DNA of 28,052 nt. Source: a virus (Duplodnaviria > Caudoviricetes). A program made the translations under genes and the position numbers. The stretch spans positions 1 to 28,052 of IMG/VR virus record IMGVR_UViG_3300010263_000005; one strand, written 5' to 3'. Below the pieces are notes generated by a model. That model searched no databases, had not been told where the DNA came from, and worked only from the letters and a program-made list of their open reading frames with translations. How positions within the stretch are numbered: the first letter of the stretch is position 1; each line of letters starts with the position of its first letter. Below are positions 7,471 to 17,049 of the stretch, one piece after another.

Positions 7471-8772
7471 TTGAAAAACCTTGTGGAAATGGAAGCCCGC
7501 CGCCGGGAGGCTTGGGTGAAAGCCAATGCTGTCCTCGAGAAAGTGGCAGGTGAAGGCCGGTTTCTCACCGATGAAGAGGATCAGGAGTTGAAAACCCTGG
7601 AAGGCGAGATCCGGAAATGGGACGCGAGTATCGAAACAGCCAAGAAGATTGCGGGGATGAGGACTGAGGAAGAACGGGATATGGAACCGCTCCGTCCCAA
7701 TCCGTCCAGAGACCTCCCGAATCCCGAACAGAAAATCTGGCGGAGCTTCGGAGAGCAGATGATGGCGGTTTACCGGGCGGCCGGTCCCAACGGGACGGTG
7801 GATTCAAGGCTCTCGACCCGGGCTGCTTCCGGCCTGTCCGAGAGCGTACCCAGTGACGGAGGGTTCCTGGTTCAACAAGACTTTGCCGGAGAGCTTCTCA
7901 AACGGGCCTACGATACCGGACTGTTAGCATCCCGTTGCCGCCGGATTCCGCTTTCGACCAACTCTAATGGTCTCAAAATCAACGCAGTCGACGAGTCCAG
8001 CCGGGCTAACGGAGCGCGCTGGGGCGGAATTCAAGCTTACTGGGAGAATGAAGCGGATCAATTGACCGGCTCAAAGCCTAAGTTTCGAGTGATGGACTTA
8101 AGTCTGAAGAAACTTACCGGGCTTTGTTACGCCACGGACGAGCTGTTGCAGGACGCCGCCGCTTTGGAGTCGGTATTGATCCAAGGATTCGCCGAAGAGT
8201 TCGGTTTTAAAATGGATGACGCCATCCTAAACGGTAACGGCGCGGGCCAGCCGCTTGGAATCTTGAACTCCGACGCTTTGGTCGCGGTACAAAAAGAGTC
8301 CGGTCAAGCGGCAGGCACTATTAATGTCGAGAACATCGTCAAGATGTGGGCGCGCTGCTGGGGCCGGAGCCGGGCTAACGCAGTCTGGTATATCAATCAG
8401 GACGTGGAACCGCTCCTTTACACACTACGGTTGGTCACGGGGGACAACGGCGTACCGGTTTACCTGCCTGCCAATGGGCTTTCCGACTCGCCGTACAGCA
8501 CCTTGTTCGGCCGTCCGGTGGTTCCGATTGAACAATGTTCGGCTTTGGGAAGCGTCGGAGACATTATCTTGGCTGATCTTTCTCAGTATCTGCTCATCGA
8601 TAAAGGCGGAATCAACGCGGCATCCAGCATTCATGTACGCTTCCTATACGATGAAAGCGTCTTTCGGTTCATTTACCGGGTCGACGGACAGCCCATTTGG
8701 AACAAACCGCTTCAACCCTACAAAGGCAGCGGTACTTTATCCCCGTATGTGGCGCTGCAAGCCCGGAACTAG
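7471..8772 (+). CDS. Major capsid protein, HK97 fold with N-terminal delta (scaffold) domain
   Basis: Coiled-coil N-terminus, then SDGGFLVQQDF, DELLQDA, ILNGNGAGQPLGILNS, LFGRPV and FRFIYRVDG. Likely start is TTG 7471 after GAAAGGAG. Confidence 0.95.
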   Translation: MKNLVEMEARRREAWVKANAVLEKVAGEGRFLTDEEDQELKTLEGEIRKWDASIETAKKIAGMRTEEERDMEPLRPNPSRDLPNPEQKIWRSFGEQMMAVYRAAGPNGTVDSRLSTRAASGLSESVPSDGGFLVQQDFAGELLKRAYDTGLLASRCRRIPLSTNSNGLKINAVDESSRANGARWGGIQAYWENEADQLTGSKPKFRVMDLSLKKLTGLCYATDELLQDAAALESVLIQGFAEEFGFKMDDAILNGNGAGQPLGILNSDALVAVQKESGQAAGTINVENIVKMWARCWGRSRANAVWYINQDVEPLLYTLRLVTGDNGVPVYLPANGLSDSPYSTLFGRPVVPIEQCSALGSVGDIILADLSQYLLIDKGGINAASSIHVRFLYDESVFRFIYRVDGQPIWNKPLQPYKGSGTLSPYVALQARN

Positions 8773-8787
8773 AAAGGAGAGGTTATC

Positions 8788-9249
8788 GTGTATAAACCTT
8801 ATCATATCATCAACGCCCTGCAACCGGCAGCCGACGCCTTCGCGGGAACGGTCGCTACCGACGTAATTAACCTTAAAAACTGGGGGCATGTGTCCTTCGT
8901 TATCCTCTGTGGTGCGGGGGATACCGGTACTTCGACGATCACCGTGGAGGCGTGCGATAATGAAACACCCTCCAAGACGGTGGCGATTCCTTTCGTGTAT
9001 CAAGAAGCCCTGAGCGGTGATGCTTTCGGGCCGGTGATTCAGGCGGAAACGGCGGGTTTTACGACCAAGCCGGGAGCCGGGAAGGTATATAAAGTTGAAG
9101 TGGATGCCCAATCACTGGCAAATACCGGGTATCCTTTCGTCCGTCTTACAGCGGTTGAAACGGTGGACGACCCGGTGGCTGGTGGAATTGTCGCCATCCT
9201 GACCGGTGGCCGGTACACCCAGGAGGTTTTCAGTTCCGGACTTTCATAA
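8788..9249 (+). CDS. Putative capsid decoration/cement protein
   Basis: Beta-rich 153-aa protein immediately after the MCP, with strong RBS AAAGGAGAGG. Function is inferred from position. Confidence 0.55.
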   Translation: MYKPYHIINALQPAADAFAGTVATDVINLKNWGHVSFVILCGAGDTGTSTITVEACDNETPSKTVAIPFVYQEALSGDAFGPVIQAETAGFTTKPGAGKVYKVEVDAQSLANTGYPFVRLTAVETVDDPVAGGIVAILTGGRYTQEVFSSGLS

Positions 9250-9264
9250 CAGGGAGGAACAATC

Positions 9265-9816
9265 ATGGAAATAGTGGTCGTAACTCCTCCTGTTCGGGAA
9301 CCGTTAGTGCTATCTGAGGTAAAAACTTTCCTTCGGGTCGACCATGATTTTGAAGACGGATATATCGCAGCCCTTATTGCCGCAGCCCGGGAATATTGCG
9401 AGGCTTACCAACGCCGGGCCTTTATCAATCGGGAATTGTTAGTAAGGATTGAGAAACCGCAAGGCGTAATCAAACTGCCCTATCCGCCGTTACAAACAGT
9501 TCTGTCAGTCAAGTATTGGGATGAACATGGATTGGTACACCAATTGGAAGAATCAGAGTATACCCAGGACGTTGTCAGCGTTCCCGGTCGGGTTATCCCA
9601 ACCGGGAATTGGCTATGCTCCGCGAAGACTATTGAAGTCCGGTATCTTGCAGGCTACGGAGAGGAACCGTCTTTCATCCCGAACAGTGTGAAAGTGGCCA
9701 TGCTGCTTTTGATCGGATATTGGTTTGAAAACCGGGAAGCCGTAACGAACGTGAACGGGACGACCGAGTTTGCAGTGAAGGCGCTTTTGGACATGGAACG
9801 GGTGGTTGCGGTATGA
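9265..9816 (+). CDS. Head-tail connector/adaptor (gp6-like, long form)
   Basis: EPLVLSEVKTFLRVD..FED..I.ALIAAAREYCE, and C-terminal VKVAMLLLIGYWFENRE. Confidence 0.9.
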   Translation: MEIVVVTPPVREPLVLSEVKTFLRVDHDFEDGYIAALIAAAREYCEAYQRRAFINRELLVRIEKPQGVIKLPYPPLQTVLSVKYWDEHGLVHQLEESEYTQDVVSVPGRVIPTGNWLCSAKTIEVRYLAGYGEEPSFIPNSVKVAMLLLIGYWFENREAVTNVNGTTEFAVKALLDMERVVAV

Positions 9817-10043
9817 AGCAGGTACGAGTGGTATCCGGGCAGAAGAGTCCGTCTTTTCCTTACCGTCGCGGCGACATCGTCAAGTTGGATGATGATACCG
9901 CCCGCCGGTGGGTTGTCGCGGGGATCGCCCGGTGGCTGGAGGTGAACATCAATGGGAGTGGGAAAGTATCGGCACCGGATTACCATCCAACGTCCGGTGG
10001 CGGCGGTCGACGCAAGCGGTGGGCCAACAAATCTTTGGGTTGA
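9813..10043 (+). CDS. Small hypothetical virion-assembly protein
   Basis: ATGA-coupled to the connector gene. The YRRGDIVKLDDDTARRWVVAGIA pattern is common in small phage head-region proteins. The 3' part overlaps the next gene. Confidence 0.55.
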   Translation: MKQVRVVSGQKSPSFPYRRGDIVKLDDDTARRWVVAGIARWLEVNINGSGKVSAPDYHPTSGGGGRRKRWANKSLG

Positions 10044-10272
10044 CTTCTGGACCTGTTGGGCAGAGTTGCAGATTGGTTCGGGACGGGAATATTTCGGAGC
10101 GAAAAAGGCTAACGCGAAACTAGCGGGTCTCATTAAGATCCGGTATGTTCCGGGGCTTGATTCCACCATGCGGGTGGTATATAACGACCGGACATTTCAG
10201 ATCCTCGGACCTCCGGTCAATGTAGGCGGACGGAACCGTGAGATTGAGTTGCAGGTGAAGGAGGTGGACTAA
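9952..10272 (+). CDS. Head closure/head-tail joining protein (SPP1 gp16-like)
   Basis: GKYRHRITIQ, CWAE...GREYF, IRY...STMRVVY..RTFQI motifs. RBS GGAGGTG. Confidence 0.9.
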   Translation: MGVGKYRHRITIQRPVAAVDASGGPTNLWVDFWTCWAELQIGSGREYFGAKKANAKLAGLIKIRYVPGLDSTMRVVYNDRTFQILGPPVNVGGRNREIELQVKEVD

Positions 10273-10814
10273 TGCGGATGATTCTAAACGGCTTGAAAGA
10301 GTTGGAGCAAAGCTTTGAGAAGCTGGAGAAAGGGTTCGAAAAGGCCCTCCGTGTTGCGACGGTCGCCGGAGCCAGAGTGGTTCAACAGGAAGCGCGCCGC
10401 CTCTGCCCGGTGGGTACGGAAACCAAGAACGGAGATAACCCGCATCGTCCCGGAAATTTGAAAAAATCCATCAAACTCCGAGTGGTTAAACCTAAGGAAC
10501 GGTTCAAACAGGCGGTGATCGTCGGACCGGCAGTGGGTAAAAGGGAAAAATATGATGGCTTTTATGGAAGATGGGTCGAGGAAGGGCACCGGATCAGCCG
10601 GAAGCGCCTCACCAAGTTGGAACGGCTGGAGTTCGGCGGGAGCAAAACCGAACCCCGGCCGTTTTTACGTCCCGCCTTCGACGCCAAGCAGGATGAAGCC
10701 TTACAGAAGATGGCCGATGTCTACCAACAGGTGGCGGAGGGCAAGGTCGCGGAACAGGACGCCTTCCGGAACCTGGTTGATTTAGCCGAGGACGTTATTT
10801 TCGAAGGGTTGTGA
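10272..10814 (+). CDS. HK97 gp10-family tail component
   Basis: GLKEL, GNLKKSI, FYGRWVEEGH and PRPFLRPAFD motifs. Confidence 0.88.
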   Translation: MRMILNGLKELEQSFEKLEKGFEKALRVATVAGARVVQQEARRLCPVGTETKNGDNPHRPGNLKKSIKLRVVKPKERFKQAVIVGPAVGKREKYDGFYGRWVEEGHRISRKRLTKLERLEFGGSKTEPRPFLRPAFDAKQDEALQKMADVYQQVAEGKVAEQDAFRNLVDLAEDVIFEGL

Positions 10815-10819
10815 GGAGA

Positions 10820-11239
10820 ATGATGTTTGAAAAAGCGGTGCGGGACCGATTGTTGAGTGACGAATGGCTGGCCGGGCAGGTAAAAAACCAGGTGTGGGCG
10901 GGCGGCACCGCCCCGGAGAATGCTAAACCGCCATATATCGTCTTTCACCGGATTTCCGGCGGCCGGTTTCAGGAACTTCCCTTTATGAACCCACGATACC
11001 AATTCTCATGTTTCGCCAAGGAATACGCCGAAGCGCGGGAAGTAGCGGAGCGGGTCGTGGAAATTTTCGGTGGCTTCGCCGGAATCATAGGTGATACTTT
11101 TCCTGTGGCGAAAACCGCTATTGTAGGCGAACAAGACATCTATGAGCCAGAAACCAAACTCTATCACGTCCCGGTGGACGTAGCTTTTTTATATCAAACC
11201 CACTCCGTCAGCGGAGGGGTGGCAACCAAAATCGAGTAA
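10820..11239 (+). CDS. Tail terminator/completion protein (DUF3168-like)
   Basis: APENAKPPYIVFHRIS, RYQFSCFAK.Y.EA..VA, YEPETKLYH motifs, located just before the tail tube gene. Start is uncertain (10811, 10820 or 10823). Confidence 0.8.
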   Translation: MMFEKAVRDRLLSDEWLAGQVKNQVWAGGTAPENAKPPYIVFHRISGGRFQELPFMNPRYQFSCFAKEYAEAREVAERVVEIFGGFAGIIGDTFPVAKTAIVGEQDIYEPETKLYHVPVDVAFLYQTHSVSGGVATKIE

Positions 11240-11251
11240 GGGGGAATTGTC

Positions 11252-12049
11252 ATGGCGCAAACCGTGGTTCAAAATAGTAATTCGTTTCGGATCGGCTCGG
11301 CTAAGTTTGAGGTCGGCGACACCGTAGGCAACCTGGTCAATCTGGGAGCGATGAAGGGGATTAAGTTTGAGGAATCTTGGGATGAGGTCCGGCAACAGAC
11401 CGACAATGCCGGTGAAGTCTTGGTGGCAGTGAAAAACCACCGCTGCAAGGTTTCCGGGGATCTATTCGAGATTGACCTGGCCAATCTGGCCAATCTGCGC
11501 GGCGGGTTTGACATCTATACGACTCAAGGCTCCTCCCCTCTGGATGTTCCGGGGGAAGCGATCACGCTTGTCGGGACTGGCTTAAAACGGCTGGCCCATA
11601 AGAACAACGATGGAGGTGAAGTATCAAACATTGTGGTGACCAATACCGCCGGTGACGTGACCTATGCTCGCAACACCGACTATGTGGTTACCGTGGATGT
11701 TGAAGGGAATACCTGTATCGCTCGGATTCTGGGCGGAGCGATTGCCGACGGGCAGACGGTGCATGTAGCTTACCGGTATACTCCTGCAGTATCGAGAATT
11801 TTAAAAACCGGCGGTAAGGTGGAGATCGCGCCCAAAGTAGTCCGGCTGACAAATATCAATGCAGCCGGAAAGAAACTGGTGATTACCGTCTTTAAGGCCA
11901 GCAATTCCAAGGGGATTTCGTTGACCTTCAATGCCGATGACGCCGGTGAAATCAACACTACGCCGGTTGAGATGACCGGCACCAACGACGTGACTCGGGC
12001 CGTCGGAGAGCAGTTGTTTGAGATTTATGACGAGCAGGGGGCGGCGTAA
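11252..12049 (+). CDS. Major tail (tube) protein
   Basis: Synteny between the terminator and chaperone genes. IGSAKFEVG...NLGAMKG N-terminus and an internal beta-rich insertion (TYARNTDYVV...VHVAYRYTP). Confidence 0.8.
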   Translation: MAQTVVQNSNSFRIGSAKFEVGDTVGNLVNLGAMKGIKFEESWDEVRQQTDNAGEVLVAVKNHRCKVSGDLFEIDLANLANLRGGFDIYTTQGSSPLDVPGEAITLVGTGLKRLAHKNNDGGEVSNIVVTNTAGDVTYARNTDYVVTVDVEGNTCIARILGGAIADGQTVHVAYRYTPAVSRILKTGGKVEIAPKVVRLTNINAAGKKLVITVFKASNSKGISLTFNADDAGEINTTPVEMTGTNDVTRAVGEQLFEIYDEQGAA

Positions 12050-12052
12050 TCC

Positions 12053-12514
12053 ATGGACCGGCCGGAGATTTTAAATCTGGACACCATTGTTCCGAAACGC
12101 CGGGTGATTACCTTGACCGGCAAGGTAGCTGAACCCAAAAGCAGGGTAATCCGTTTTATCTGCCGTTTCATTCCAGTATTAAGGAAGAAGCCCAGGAAAT
12201 ATGAGATCGATGTTTCGATGGTAAATGTCCGGACTGCCCTGGAGGTGGAACGGAATTTCGCCCGGTTCGCCCAGTTGAGTTTGGAGTTTGCCAAAGAACC
12301 GCAAGATGACGATCAGGAGATCGTGGAAGAGATGTACCGGCTGATTCTCTCTGTCTGCAAACAGTCTTTTCCCGAGATTTCAAAGGAATGGCTGATGGAG
12401 AACCTCACCCCGGAACAGGTGTTGGCCGTATTTGAGTTTATATTGGAACCGCTGCGGGAGCGGGTTGAAAAAAACGCCCGGGCGGCCCGGTCGATTCTGG
12501 AAAGCGCCAGATAG
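12053..12514 (+). CDS. Tail assembly chaperone (G-like)
   Basis: Lies between tail tube and tape measure genes and carries the slippery heptamer A AAA AAC at 12469-12475. Confidence 0.8.
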   Translation: MDRPEILNLDTIVPKRRVITLTGKVAEPKSRVIRFICRFIPVLRKKPRKYEIDVSMVNVRTALEVERNFARFAQLSLEFAKEPQDDDQEIVEEMYRLILSVCKQSFPEISKEWLMENLTPEQVLAVFEFILEPLRERVEKNARAARSILESAR

Positions 12515-12726
12515 ACCTGGGCCGCGTCTTCGGACAGTTGGGACGGTTTTATTCTTGGATGTCGCTGGATTACATTCTGGATAAGATGGACGTCCGCCAA
12601 ATGTGCCTGTATTACGATTATATGGTGGAGTATTACACCGGAAAACCGGTGGGTTTAGGATTTGACGAGCCTGATTTGGAGAGTATTCATCAGACCTACG
12701 GGCCGGGGCAAGTGATAAAACGCTGA
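12469..12726 (+). CDS. Tail assembly chaperone T-like segment, reached by -1 frameshift (GT fusion 12053..12726)
   Basis: The -1 frame is open from the heptamer through the track ORF 12538..12726. A GC-rich stem (12482-12490/12517-12525) begins 6 nt downstream. Confidence 0.8.
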   Translation, partial: KKRPGGPVDSGKRQIDLGRVFGQLGRFYSWMSLDYILDKMDVRQMCLYYDYMVEYYTGKPVGLGFDEPDLESIHQTYGPGQVIKR

Positions 12727-12756
12727 ACCCGGCCTTATATTTTGAGGTGGTGCGCG

Positions 12757-15612
12757 ATGAGTTTAATCGGCAGACTGGCTGTGGCGGTCGTCGGCGATAT
12801 CTCCCAGCTGCAACAAGCCTTTGGCGAAGCCAAAAAAGAAGCCGGGAGCTTAAAAAAGGAAGTTGACAAAACCGGCATCTCCATGGAAGCGGTCGGTAAA
12901 AGCATGACTATCTTTGGGATGGCCATTGTCGGAGCTATGGGCGCCATGGTCCTTTCGACCGCCGAGGCGGCCGACGAGATCGACGACTTGGCGAAACGGA
13001 CCGGCATCAGCCGGGAGAATTTGCAGGCGCTCTCTTATGCCGCTGAACAAAACGGCGCTTCCTTGGAGACGTTGGTCAAGGGACTCGGCCATTTATCAAA
13101 AAATATGTACGAAGCAAATAACGGTTCCCAAAGCGCCCGGGATGCCTTCGACACTTTGGGAATTTCTATATATGACACGAACGGGAAACTGCGGAACGCC
13201 GGAGATGTACTGGATGATATGGCAGACCGTTTTTCGTCCATGCAAAATGATACCCAGCGGACTGCCCTGGCGATGGAGCTGTTCGGGAAGAGCGGCGCAG
13301 AATTAATCCCAATGCTACAGATGGGGAGTATTGAACTTGATGCATTGAAACAAAGAGCTCATGAACTCGGCTATGTCATCGACGAGGAATCCGTAAAAAA
13401 CTTAGGCGATTTAAACGATATGCTGGCCGATGTGAAGAAAGGCTTCTCCGGCTTCGGCCGGCAAATCGCAGCCGATGTGACACCGTATGTCCGAATGTTC
13501 GCCCAGGCCATTATCGATGTAATCAAATGGGTCGGCGGGCTGCCGGAACCGCTACGGAAGGCAGTAACGGTAGGAACCGCCCTCGCGGGAGTTATCGGTC
13601 TTATCGGCGGCGCGGTTCTTTTGTTAATTCCGAAGATTTATGCGCTGGCTACGGCCATGGGCGCATTAAACCTTTCGTTCACCCCGTTTTTAGTCGGCGG
13701 AGCGATCATCGCCGGACTCACCGTGATAATTGGGATGATTACCAAAGCCCGGGATGAAGCCCAAAAAGCCAAGGTGGACATTGCCGGGATTAATGACGTG
13801 CAAACGGCCCAAGACCAAGTGGAGTTTTGGGAAGAGCAAATCAAGAAACGCCGAGAAGCTAAGGACCGGTTTACTGAAAGCTCCAAATCCATCGTGGGCA
13901 GATGGTGGTTGGAGAATGTTCAAGATACAACCTTCGGAGCAGAGTTAAACCGGCATTACAATCAAATCCATGAAGCCGAAGCCAAACTGAAACAAGCCCA
14001 AGATAAATTAAAAAGTTTGACGAAGCCTCCGGATACAAAAGTCAGTTTTAATCCTCTTCAATGGGAAGAGCCAAAGTTTGATTTGAAAAAATACTTGGAG
14101 GAATACCGCCTGAAGCTGAAGATGGTTGATGAGGAAGCAGCGGTATTCGGCGATATTTCCGATGTGAATGCCGAGAAGGCTGGTATCTTGCGGGATGAAA
14201 TTCTTGGCCTGCTGGAAAGGGGATATAAACCCCAGAGCAAGCTGCTTCAAGATTTGATTAAGCAATACCAACAGTTAAGCCAGGCAGCGGAAGGCGATCG
14301 ACAAGCGGATATCTTAAAACGGCTAGGTCAAGCCATGAGTGAAGTGGACGGGCGGGCCAAACTGTTTGGGGATACCGTAAATGTCAACGCTGAGAAAGCG
14401 GAGCTTTTAAAATCGACAATTATCGACATGATCCGTAATGGGTATGACCCCACTAAAACAAGTTTGGGCGATTTGGTAATTCAATATAAAGCCTATGTCG
14501 ACGCGGTCAAGGCGGCGGCCGACGTTCTGCGGGAACAAAATGAGACCCAGAGTCTGTTAGACCAAGCCCGTCAGGCGGAAGAAAACTGGAATCACCGGAA
14601 CCTGAACACCATTGAGATTCTCATCCAAAAACTGCGGAACCAAGCGGAAGAAGACGAACAAAATCGCGGAGAAATCTATAAGACTATCACGGCCTTGGAA
14701 GTATTAAACGCCACCATGCAACAGGAAACCGAAGCAGAGCAGAATGCCAAAACCGCCGGGGATTTACTGGCTGAGGCTCAAGAGCGTTTGGCTGAAATGA
14801 CAGGGAGCACTTTACCGGAATGGGAAGAGTTCGCCCGGCAGCTGGAAGTGGCCGCAGCGAAAGACGGAGTTTTAGAAGAAACCCGGCAAAAGCTTCTTGA
14901 ATTGGCGGCGGCAATCCGTCAAGCAGGCGCGGACTCGGAAGCAAAGAAAATAGGAGAGGCCTTTCACGGCGAACTAAAAGACAGCATCTCTAGCGCTCTG
15001 CAGGATGGGTTTAACGGCGGCGGTATCCGGGGTGTCATTTCTGAAATTGGTGATTATCTTCGGGAGAAATTTACCCGGAGTATTGCGGATGCTCTGGCGG
15101 AGGCTTTCATGAATTCAACGATGGGCAAGGGCCTTGAAAGTTTCATGTCCGGCATGTTTGGAAACATTGGAGGCATGTTTGGTGGAGGAACTGCATCAGC
15201 AGGAACCGCTGCGGCTTCTGCGGCCGGATCTGCGGGTACAGCAGCTTCCGGTGTGTTAGGGGCATTGGGTACGTTTATGCCGTGGGTCGGAGTTATTGGG
15301 ATGTTGGGCAGCCTTTTTAGTGGCGGGACACAGGAGATGACCATCAATGCAAATTCCGGGACGATGAATGCCGATTATGTGGAAGCCAACTTCAAGGATG
15401 GCATAAAGACCTTATCCAGCGCTTATCAGGGACAAGCAGTTGATCCTGACCGGGAGTTACCGGCTCCGGTGATTTCGGTGAATGTGGATGTCCGGGGTTC
15501 AGTCATCGCTGAGCGGAATTTGGATACGGCGATTGAAGCAGCCGCGGTACGGGGCGTACAGAAAGCTTCGGAACGGGTCGGCAAATGGCAGCCGTACTCT
15601 AAAAAGGGGTGA
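12757..15612 (+). CDS. Tail tape measure protein
   Basis: About 950 aa, helical and Ala/Gly-rich, with hydrophobic segments and an AMELFGKSGAELIPML motif. ATG 12757 follows GAGGTGG. Confidence 0.93.
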   Translation: MSLIGRLAVAVVGDISQLQQAFGEAKKEAGSLKKEVDKTGISMEAVGKSMTIFGMAIVGAMGAMVLSTAEAADEIDDLAKRTGISRENLQALSYAAEQNGASLETLVKGLGHLSKNMYEANNGSQSARDAFDTLGISIYDTNGKLRNAGDVLDDMADRFSSMQNDTQRTALAMELFGKSGAELIPMLQMGSIELDALKQRAHELGYVIDEESVKNLGDLNDMLADVKKGFSGFGRQIAADVTPYVRMFAQAIIDVIKWVGGLPEPLRKAVTVGTALAGVIGLIGGAVLLLIPKIYALATAMGALNLSFTPFLVGGAIIAGLTVIIGMITKARDEAQKAKVDIAGINDVQTAQDQVEFWEEQIKKRREAKDRFTESSKSIVGRWWLENVQDTTFGAELNRHYNQIHEAEAKLKQAQDKLKSLTKPPDTKVSFNPLQWEEPKFDLKKYLEEYRLKLKMVDEEAAVFGDISDVNAEKAGILRDEILGLLERGYKPQSKLLQDLIKQYQQLSQAAEGDRQADILKRLGQAMSEVDGRAKLFGDTVNVNAEKAELLKSTIIDMIRNGYDPTKTSLGDLVIQYKAYVDAVKAAADVLREQNETQSLLDQARQAEENWNHRNLNTIEILIQKLRNQAEEDEQNRGEIYKTITALEVLNATMQQETEAEQNAKTAGDLLAEAQERLAEMTGSTLPEWEEFARQLEVAAAKDGVLEETRQKLLELAAAIRQAGADSEAKKIGEAFHGELKDSISSALQDGFNGGGIRGVISEIGDYLREKFTRSIADALAEAFMNSTMGKGLESFMSGMFGNIGGMFGGGTASAGTAAASAAGSAGTAASGVLGALGTFMPWVGVIGMLGSLFSGGTQEMTINANSGTMNADYVEANFKDGIKTLSSAYQGQAVDPDRELPAPVISVNVDVRGSVIAERNLDTAIEAAAVRGVQKASERVGKWQPYSKKG

Positions 15613-15619
15613 GTCGTAG

Positions 15620-16042
15620 ATGGACAGCTATTTTTCATTAATATTTGGACCAGATGAAGCCCGAGAAGAAATCTTCTTAAGGTACCATTATGGATTTAAC
15701 CCCTACGCCCATATCCCTGAACCGCGCGTGGTCAAGCAGCGAATGATGGAAGGAGCAAGCTACCAGGATTCCGGGTGCCATTGGGGTGACGGAGAAATTG
15801 TAATCTCCGGAGTGGGGATGGACCAGACAACCTTTGAAAAACTGAACAGTTACTATTTAGGCTGCGAACGGCCGCCTTTCGTTTTCTGCTCCTATTTACA
15901 AAACCCTCCGGAGCAGTGGCGGGTTTTGTGGAAAACCTTCCGGGCGGTACCGGTGGAAGTTAAACCGGAGACTAAACTAAGCTGGAGTCTGGAATTGTTC
16001 GTACTTGGCAAGCTACTGCCGGACGGGACGGTGGTTCCATGA
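15620..16042 (+). CDS. Putative distal tail (Dit/gpM-like) protein
   Basis: 140-aa ORF directly after the TMP with RBS AAGGGGTGA. Function is inferred from position. Confidence 0.55.
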   Translation: MDSYFSLIFGPDEAREEIFLRYHYGFNPYAHIPEPRVVKQRMMEGASYQDSGCHWGDGEIVISGVGMDQTTFEKLNSYYLGCERPPFVFCSYLQNPPEQWRVLWKTFRAVPVEVKPETKLSWSLELFVLGKLLPDGTVVP

Positions 16043-17037
16043 AGAAACTGCCGGAAAAGCTTCTTAAAATGATTGAAAACGGGTATTACCAACGACCGGA
16101 AGCCATGATTAAGGTGGACATTGAACCGCCGTTTGTTGGTGCTGACTTCGAACCTTCCGGGTGCGATCCTTCGTTTCATGAGTACAAAGATGTTCTTTAT
16201 CTGGTATTTATCGATAACGGAAAGATAAAGATTGCGGTGGTAGATCCGGTGGAGATGATGGTGACGAGTCTAATCCGGGAGATCGACGCGCCGAATGCAA
16301 GACGACCCCGGTTGATTTTTGAACCGTCGACGCATCCGGGACGGGAAGACCTTCCGCATATCGGATATACCGATTTAGTGGCTGAAAAAGCCATGGTCTA
16401 CCGGGAGCAATACGACGAAGAAGGAAACATTGTCCGTATTTTTGATGAAATAGGCACCGGGGGTTCGACCGAATCCGTACGAAAAGGCGATATGATTATC
16501 GACTTTTATGTCAGTAATGACGGTGTGGTGTACTGCCGGTACCAAGGAAACTATGCGGAACCGGTCATAACGCCCACCCCGGAAGAGAAAGTAAAATCGC
16601 TCCGGGTTGTGGATTTTCCCGATTCCCGGCTGGGGTTAGTGTATATTTTACAAACAAACGAAGGAGCGGACCAGGTTAGGTTTGCCTGGAGCGAGATTCT
16701 GGGGCAAATGAAACTGGAGGAACCCGGAGGGTTAACGGCCGTAGTTGAAATACTGGCGATAGATATGCCAAAGACAGTATATCATTTCGATGGGGAAGAG
16801 ATGGACTTTACCTTAATGACTGTGGCTGAACTGGTCGCGACTTTGTATTCATTTGATGAATCGATGGTGTTTACATCCGAAATGATGAAGGCAGACTTTC
16901 CTCCCCAGTTCAATTTTGACGGTGAGGAGATGGATTTTGCCTTGAACTTCTCTCAAGTAGTGTTTGTAAATCCATTTGAGTTTAGTGAAGAAATGAAGTT
17001 TACCCTTTCAATGCAAGTCGTAGAGCTTTATATATAG
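16039..17037 (+). CDS. Minor tail protein with C-terminal 21-22 aa repeats
   Basis: ATGA-coupled, within the tail module; four FD(G)EEMxFxL-like repeats. Confidence 0.65.
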   Translation: MKKLPEKLLKMIENGYYQRPEAMIKVDIEPPFVGADFEPSGCDPSFHEYKDVLYLVFIDNGKIKIAVVDPVEMMVTSLIREIDAPNARRPRLIFEPSTHPGREDLPHIGYTDLVAEKAMVYREQYDEEGNIVRIFDEIGTGGSTESVRKGDMIIDFYVSNDGVVYCRYQGNYAEPVITPTPEEKVKSLRVVDFPDSRLGLVYILQTNEGADQVRFAWSEILGQMKLEEPGGLTAVVEILAIDMPKTVYHFDGEEMDFTLMTVAELVATLYSFDESMVFTSEMMKADFPPQFNFDGEEMDFALNFSQVVFVNPFEFSEEMKFTLSMQVVELYI

Positions 17038-17049
17038 AGGAGGGCTGAA

